DNA of 20,000 nucleotides, taken from IMG/VR virus record IMGVR_UViG_3300027770_000057, positions 52,400 through 72,399 of that record. One strand, given 5' to 3'. The notes under the pieces were generated by a model. It was not told where the DNA came from and searched no databases. It saw only the letters and a list, made by a program, of their open reading frames with translations. The position numbers were made by a program, and so were the translations under genes. How positions within the stretch are numbered: position 1 is the stretch's first letter; every line of letters starts with the position of its first letter. Positions 15,267-20,000 of this stretch are shown in pieces. Source of the DNA: an uncultured virus (IMG/VR IMGVR_UViG_3300027770_000057). Taxonomy: Duplodnaviria > Heunggongvirae > Uroviricota > Caudoviricetes.

Positions 15267-15696
15267 TTTTTTCTTTATCCTTTACATTATTAAGAGCTTC
15301 TATTATGGAGCGTCTATCTGTAATATGTATGTGATTCGTTTGATTTGTTAAAGCTTTAGAGTTATTTTTTTCTTTAATTTTAAGAGAAGTTAACAAATCT
15401 GCCATTTTAGTTTTTTTATCTAATATATCACTTTTAATTTTTGTTAAATTTACTACAGCTTCTTTAGAAGAGCTACTTACATCTCCTCCGTTAAAAACCA
15501 TATCTGTAAAATTTGATAAAAGGCCATCTACTTCAATTCTATCAACTCTAATATCTTCTAATATTTCTCTATACAAACCTAGTAAATATTCATCTCCAAT
15601 TAATCCTGTGTATTCTTCAACGACAGGCTGTTTGTTTTCTATATTTACAATTTCTGGTACGATATTATCTACTTCGTCACTTTTAATTTCATCCAT
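15247..15696 (-). CDS. Hypothetical protein, possible terminase small subunit (T4 gp16-like)
   Basis: 149 aa with RBS GAGGTG. An acidic N-terminus, a predicted helical hairpin (…KEAVVNLTKIKSDILDKKTKMADLL), a beta-strand TNQTNHIHIT and a short helix give the gp16-like layout. The function is inferred. Confidence 0.5.
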   Translation of the reverse strand: MDEIKSDEVDNIVPEIVNIENKQPVVEEYTGLIGDEYLLGLYREILEDIRVDRIEVDGLLSNFTDMVFNGGDVSSSSKEAVVNLTKIKSDILDKKTKMADLLTSLKIKEKNNSKALTNQTNHIHITDRRSIIEALNNVKDKEKNEYIDS

Positions 15697-15764
15697 AATA
15701 ATTCACCTCTAATATTATTTACTTTAAATTAATATAAAATTAACAAATTTGCCATAAATATAAT
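15697..15764. promoter_or_regulatory. Divergent intergenic region with TAAATA (T4 late-promoter-like) boxes on both strands
   Basis: ATAAATA at 15754-15760 (+) lies 4 nt before ATG 15765. TAAATA at 15716-15721 (-) lies upstream of the GAGGTG RBS. The AT-rich background weakens this evidence. Confidence 0.4.
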
Positions 15765-16250
15765 ATGGTTTTAAAAAATAATAATAATAATGATGCATTT
15801 CAAGCAAATTATAATTTCTTGCAACTTAGCGATTCTATTAAAGAAATTGCAGTTATGATTTCAAAAACTGATATTCATTTGGAAAATATAAAAGCTCAGC
15901 AATTTGAGTCTATAAAAAAAATCGAGAGAATTGAAGAATTTATGAATAATTTTTCAAATTTAGAAAATAAAATTAAAATTATAGAGCAAAAAGATTTGGT
16001 TATTATTAATAAAGAAATTGATTATCTTAAATCTGAATTTGATAAAGCAAAAGATTGCATTGATGAGTTATTTAAAAAAATTGATAGTCATAAGACTAAG
16101 ATATGGGAAGTTAAAGGAGACACAAGAGAAATTAAAGTTTTCAATGAAGATTTTAAAAGCAGGTTAAAGTTTATGGCAGATTTATTTTTTAAAATTGCAA
16201 TTGGATTATTCTTAAGTTTCGCAGCATATAAAATGGGATGGGAAAAATGA
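15765..16250 (+). CDS. Coiled-coil protein with a C-terminal transmembrane anchor (XhlA/holin-like topology)
   Basis: The K/E/I-rich heptad body ends in LFFKIAIGLFLSFAAYKMGW. Confidence 0.7.
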   Translation: MVLKNNNNNDAFQANYNFLQLSDSIKEIAVMISKTDIHLENIKAQQFESIKKIERIEEFMNNFSNLENKIKIIEQKDLVIINKEIDYLKSEFDKAKDCIDELFKKIDSHKTKIWEVKGDTREIKVFNEDFKSRLKFMADLFFKIAIGLFLSFAAYKMGWEK

Positions 16251-17524
16251 ATATATTTGAAAATGAAGATTACATGCCAAAAGTAAAATTACAGAAGAAG
16301 TCTACTGTTCCTTACTTGAAGCCATTTTTTGTAAATAGTCAGACTAATTCTGCTTTGCAGCCTATTATTGATAGTTTCAACAATTCTGATTCTGTAAATG
16401 TTGGGTATACGACTATAAAAAAAGATGGAGAGGAAGAATCTCCATCTTTGAAAAAGAAAACTATTTGGCTTACTGGAAGTTCTTTAAGAAATCATTTATC
16501 AAATGAAACATTTTACAATTACACTTGTGTAACAAATGCTTCTCCAGATGAAATTAAAATGATTTTAAATCAATCAAGTTATGATTTTCAGCAAGTTAAA
16601 CCTAAAGGAGAAATTGGAAATATAGAAAAATATAAAAATTTACCTGATGAAACTAATGATAAATATTTTTTTTATATAAGTAAAGTAGATGAGCAAAACA
16701 ACGAAATGGAAGTTACAGCATCTGTTTCTGGAAATCTTGTTTACATAAGTACTTTAAACAGCAATATTAAATTTAAAATTGGCAATGATAAACTTAGAAA
16801 ATTTACTTCATCTATTTCTGAAGATGCAAAAGGAAGAGATTTTTCTGTTAATGCTATTTATTTAAAGCTTAAAGATTCAAATGGCAACAACAATGATATT
16901 TCTGATCCTGTTGGAGGAATGCATGATATTGCCAACAATAATATTAAATTATTAAATTCAACTTCGTTTACATTTAAAACAAATCCAGCTTTGATTATTA
17001 CTTTTTGCGAATTAAGTTCAAAGTTTAATAAAGATAAAAAGATAGAAAGAAGTGATTTAGTTTCAATTAAAAAAAACATTGATAATTTTAAAGATTATCC
17101 AAAACTATTTATTAGAACTTTAAGAAATTCAGTTAATAGTTCATCTACTCCAATATTTAGTTTTTTAAATAATCTTTATATTACTGGGATGTTTGGAAAA
17201 ATGTTTTCAGGTCTTAAAATAAGTTTGCCTCACATGGGATTACCTAGATATTTTGATTTTGTAATTGGTTATTTATTACACGAGAATGAAAAAGAAAAAG
17301 TATCTATGGTTTTGTCTGAATTAGATTTTAATAAATTTGATATTAAAGAAGTTGAATTTACTATGGATTTAACAAAATGGATTAAAACAGAAGACGATTC
17401 AATACTTAAATCTTTGCTTGATAATCAAAACAATCAATCTATAAATAAAATATACAATTATTTAAAATCTTTTGGAAAAGATGTTATTTTTAAGAATGCA
17501 GCTAAAAAATATTTAGAAATGTAA
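16247..17524 (+). CDS. CCA-adding enzyme / poly(A) polymerase (class II nucleotidyltransferase) homologue with a degenerate active site
   Basis: Scaffold motifs IWLTGSSLRNHL...CVTNASPDEI, EDAKGRDFSVNAIY and DPVGGMHDI. The likely start is ATG 16247 (ATGA overlap with the upstream stop); the track start is 16238. Confidence 0.85.
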   Translation: MNIFENEDYMPKVKLQKKSTVPYLKPFFVNSQTNSALQPIIDSFNNSDSVNVGYTTIKKDGEEESPSLKKKTIWLTGSSLRNHLSNETFYNYTCVTNASPDEIKMILNQSSYDFQQVKPKGEIGNIEKYKNLPDETNDKYFFYISKVDEQNNEMEVTASVSGNLVYISTLNSNIKFKIGNDKLRKFTSSISEDAKGRDFSVNAIYLKLKDSNGNNNDISDPVGGMHDIANNNIKLLNSTSFTFKTNPALIITFCELSSKFNKDKKIERSDLVSIKKNIDNFKDYPKLFIRTLRNSVNSSSTPIFSFLNNLYITGMFGKMFSGLKISLPHMGLPRYFDFVIGYLLHENEKEKVSMVLSELDFNKFDIKEVEFTMDLTKWIKTEDDSILKSLLDNQNNQSINKIYNYLKSFGKDVIFKNAAKKYLEM

Positions 17525-17536
17525 TTATTTTAAAGT

Positions 17537-18385
17537 ATGCACTTTTTAACAATAGCAGAAGATACTCCTTATTATCAATGGCAAATTGAATTATTAATTG
17601 AATCGTTCAAGATGAAAAAACTTGAAGACAAATTATTCATATATCTTATAAAGACTGAAAATTCAGTTGATGGTATAAAAAACAACATTAATAGTCATCC
17701 TAATTTATTTTATTACAATTCAGATAGGATAAAAACTTGTAGTTTAAATTTTGATTTTCATCAATGTATTTTAAATTATAGAAATAATTTTCCACTAGAA
17801 AATTTTATGATTTTAGATACTGATAACTTATTAAAAAACATTGATGAATCTGATTTTAATTTACAAAATTTAGTTTATCAGATTGATCAAAAGGAAAACG
17901 ATGAGTTGTCTTTAATATTAAAACTATCAAGAAGTAAATATAATTATAGTTTTTATCCTATGACATCGATTATTTACTTTAGTGCATTTTATTCATATGA
18001 TTTTTTCAAATCTGCATTTTTAATACTAGAAGACTTAATTAAAATTTCTTTTTTTTGTAATATTGATAATGAAAAACATGAACCAGATTTAGATTTATAT
18101 AAATATTCTTATTTGATTCTTTCATTAATGTATAACATTAAAGTTAATCCTTCATATAAGCTTTTAAATTATGCATATGAAGGCACTGACATGGATGTAA
18201 ATTTTATTTCTTACAAGCATGATGTTAAACCTTACTTTTATAAAAAAAATTACTTTCAAAAGGATTTTAAAAATCTATCTTTGAGTTATACTGACCCATT
18301 TGAAAACATGTTAGATTTACCAGATTTTGTTGGTTGTTCTTTTATAAAAAGCATTGTTTTAAGTTATCAAAATTTTTCTGATTGA
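17537..18385 (+). CDS. Putative GT-A glycosyltransferase, HPAT/SGT1 (GT95/GT96)-like
   Basis: N-terminus MHFLTIAEDTPYYQWQIELLIESF resembles the H...S/T.E/D..Y..WQ...L..S motif of plant SGT1/HPAT domains. The DxD motif is FMILD94TD96. Confidence 0.6.
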   Translation: MHFLTIAEDTPYYQWQIELLIESFKMKKLEDKLFIYLIKTENSVDGIKNNINSHPNLFYYNSDRIKTCSLNFDFHQCILNYRNNFPLENFMILDTDNLLKNIDESDFNLQNLVYQIDQKENDELSLILKLSRSKYNYSFYPMTSIIYFSAFYSYDFFKSAFLILEDLIKISFFCNIDNEKHEPDLDLYKYSYLILSLMYNIKVNPSYKLLNYAYEGTDMDVNFISYKHDVKPYFYKKNYFQKDFKNLSLSYTDPFENMLDLPDFVGCSFIKSIVLSYQNFSD

Positions 18386-19461
18386 GTTAAAGCACTAGCT
18401 ACTACTTGATCCATATTATAATATTGATATTTTCCTAATCTTCCGCCAAATATAATTTGATCATCATTCATTAGGCTAACATATTTTTCATAGATTTCTT
18501 TATTTTTACTTGTTGGTACTGGATAATATGGTTCATTGCCTTCTTGAACATTATAATCCTGTGGATATTCTTTTGTTATCCATGATCCAGTTACTGTTTC
18601 ATCGTGAAAGAACTTAGATTCAAATATTCTAGTATAAGGTATTTTTTCATCTGTATAATTAATAATAGAATTTCCTTGATAATCATTTTTATGAAATGTT
18701 TCTTCAAATCTCAATGATCTATACTCAAGCAACCCATAAGAATAATTGAAATATTGATCTACCTTACCAGAGTAAATTATTTTCTTATAATTTTTTAAAT
18801 AAAAGTTTTTGTTTTCAAAGAAATCTGTATTTAAAATAACTTTGATTTTTGGATTATCTAAAAGTTTTTCAAATATTTCAGTATATCCATTTGTTGGTAT
18901 ACCTTCAAATTTGTCATCAAAATATCTATCATTGTAATTTAATCTAATTGGTATTCTTTTAATTATAGAAACTGGTAATTCTTTTGGATCTTTATTCCAT
19001 TGTTTTTTCGTATATCCTTTTATAAAAATTTCATAAAGCTCTCTGCCGATATTTGCCAAACAAAATTCTTCTAAGTTTTTAGGATCAGCTATACTTAACT
19101 TTTTATCTTCAAGGATACTCTTGGCATGGTCAGGAGTAATACAACCATAGACTTGATTTAAAGTAAAAAGATTTATTGGAAATGAATATAGTTTGTCTTC
19201 ATAAATAACTTTAGTATGTTGTTTTTTATTGTTAAATTTTACAATTCCATTCATGTATGACCAAATTCTTTGATTGTTTGTATGGAATATATGAGGGCCA
19301 TACTTGTGTACTGGTATATTATTTTTAATTTCAGTATAACAGTTGCCACCAAAATGATTTCTTTTGTCTAAGACATCTACAAAATATCCTTTTTTAGCTA
19401 ATTCGCTAGCTAATACTGAGCCATAAAGACCAGAACCTACAACAAGAATTTTATGCTTCAT
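18367..19461 (-). CDS. glf: UDP-galactopyranose mutase
   Basis: FAD-binding VVGSGLYG, GGNCY, HKYGPHIFHT, YTKKQW, RYFDDKFEGIP..GYT, LEYRSLRF, EPYYP and GRLGKYQYYNMDQVV. Confidence 0.97.
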   Translation of the reverse strand: MKHKILVVGSGLYGSVLASELAKKGYFVDVLDKRNHFGGNCYTEIKNNIPVHKYGPHIFHTNNQRIWSYMNGIVKFNNKKQHTKVIYEDKLYSFPINLFTLNQVYGCITPDHAKSILEDKKLSIADPKNLEEFCLANIGRELYEIFIKGYTKKQWNKDPKELPVSIIKRIPIRLNYNDRYFDDKFEGIPTNGYTEIFEKLLDNPKIKVILNTDFFENKNFYLKNYKKIIYSGKVDQYFNYSYGLLEYRSLRFEETFHKNDYQGNSIINYTDEKIPYTRIFESKFFHDETVTGSWITKEYPQDYNVQEGNEPYYPVPTSKNKEIYEKYVSLMNDDQIIFGGRLGKYQYYNMDQVVASALTQSEKF

Positions 19462-19999
19462 ATAATTTAATCTCTTCTGTTATTTCTTTATTATCGTTCA
19501 TTACGAAATCATCAATTGGTTTTCTATAATTATTTTTAATAAGGTTTTTGTTCATAATTGGTCTTGAAACGCCTATTAAGATTTCAGGGCCTTTATTATT
19601 GTAAATTTTATCAAAGTATTCTAAATTAAAATAAACATTTGATGAAATATTTTCCATATAAATATTTAATTTTTTATTATATTTAGGATTTTTATCACTT
19701 ATAGAAAGAAGAGTTTTAAAACCTTTTAAATCAATATTAATATTTATTTTTCTTGACACATCTCTACAGATATATTTATTATTAGATTGATGACAAAAAA
19801 ACGAAAGAAATATTTCTAGTCCTTTACCAAAATTTTCAGTTGATATATTAAAATCAATAAAATTACTTAATATATCTTTTCTTACAGCAAAACATCTAGG
19901 GTCAGGACATTTAATAATATTAAGTCCATAAAATTTATTAATATTATAATTTAAAGGATCATTGAAGTAAAAATATTTAGAATAATTTAAATTAAAATC
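19451..19999 (-). CDS. Partial CDS (5' end beyond the window), probable GT-A-fold glycosyltransferase-like protein
   Basis: The track's 102-aa ORF (GTG 19759) is in frame with 80 further stop-free codons to the window edge: ...IIKCPDPRCFAVRKDILSNFIDFNISTENFGKGLEIFLSFFCHQSNNKYICRD. This resembles the C-terminal half of GT2-like proteins (C.AVR..., GWG.D-type motif). It overlaps the glf start. Confidence 0.55.
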   Translation of the reverse strand, partial: DFNLNYSKYFYFNDPLNYNINKFYGLNIIKCPDPRCFAVRKDILSNFIDFNISTENFGKGLEIFLSFFCHQSNNKYICRDVSRKININIDLKGFKTLLSISDKNPKYNKKLNIYMENISSNVYFNLEYFDKIYNNKGPEILIGVSRPIMNKNLIKNNYRKPIDDFVMNDNKEITEEIKLYEA

Positions 20000-20000
20000 T

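Noticed and set aside
16247..17524. Calling the gene a functional cca/pcnB, or a pseudogene
   Set aside because: Catalytic motifs are substituted, so no symbol is given. The frame is intact and full length, so it is not a classical pseudogene.

Overview
AT-rich segment of a large tailed (myovirus-type, probably jumbo) bacteriophage genome, read in the standard code. Most of the minus strand is a virion morphogenesis block. In transcription order it runs: TerS-like protein, two hypothetical proteins (possibly packaged into the head), T4 gp2-like DNA end protector, a 2285-aa tape measure protein, tube-initiator-like protein, gp53/LysM-like wedge protein, gp27-like hub, and a gp5/VgrG-like spike. 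The spike runs off the left edge and is missing from the ORF track. Three accessory genes interrupt the tape measure-baseplate run: a sulfotransferase, a small HNH protein and a His-rich 26-aa repeat protein. The right end holds a membrane-anchored coiled-coil protein, an intact CCA-adding/poly(A) polymerase homologue whose catalytic and templating residues appear replaced (candidate pseudoenzyme), and a glycosylation cluster. The cluster comprises a GT95/GT96 (plant HPAT/SGT1)-like glycosyltransferase, UDP-galactopyranose mutase and a partial GT-A-like gene running off the right edge. All assignments come from motif recognition and gene order; no database searches were run.
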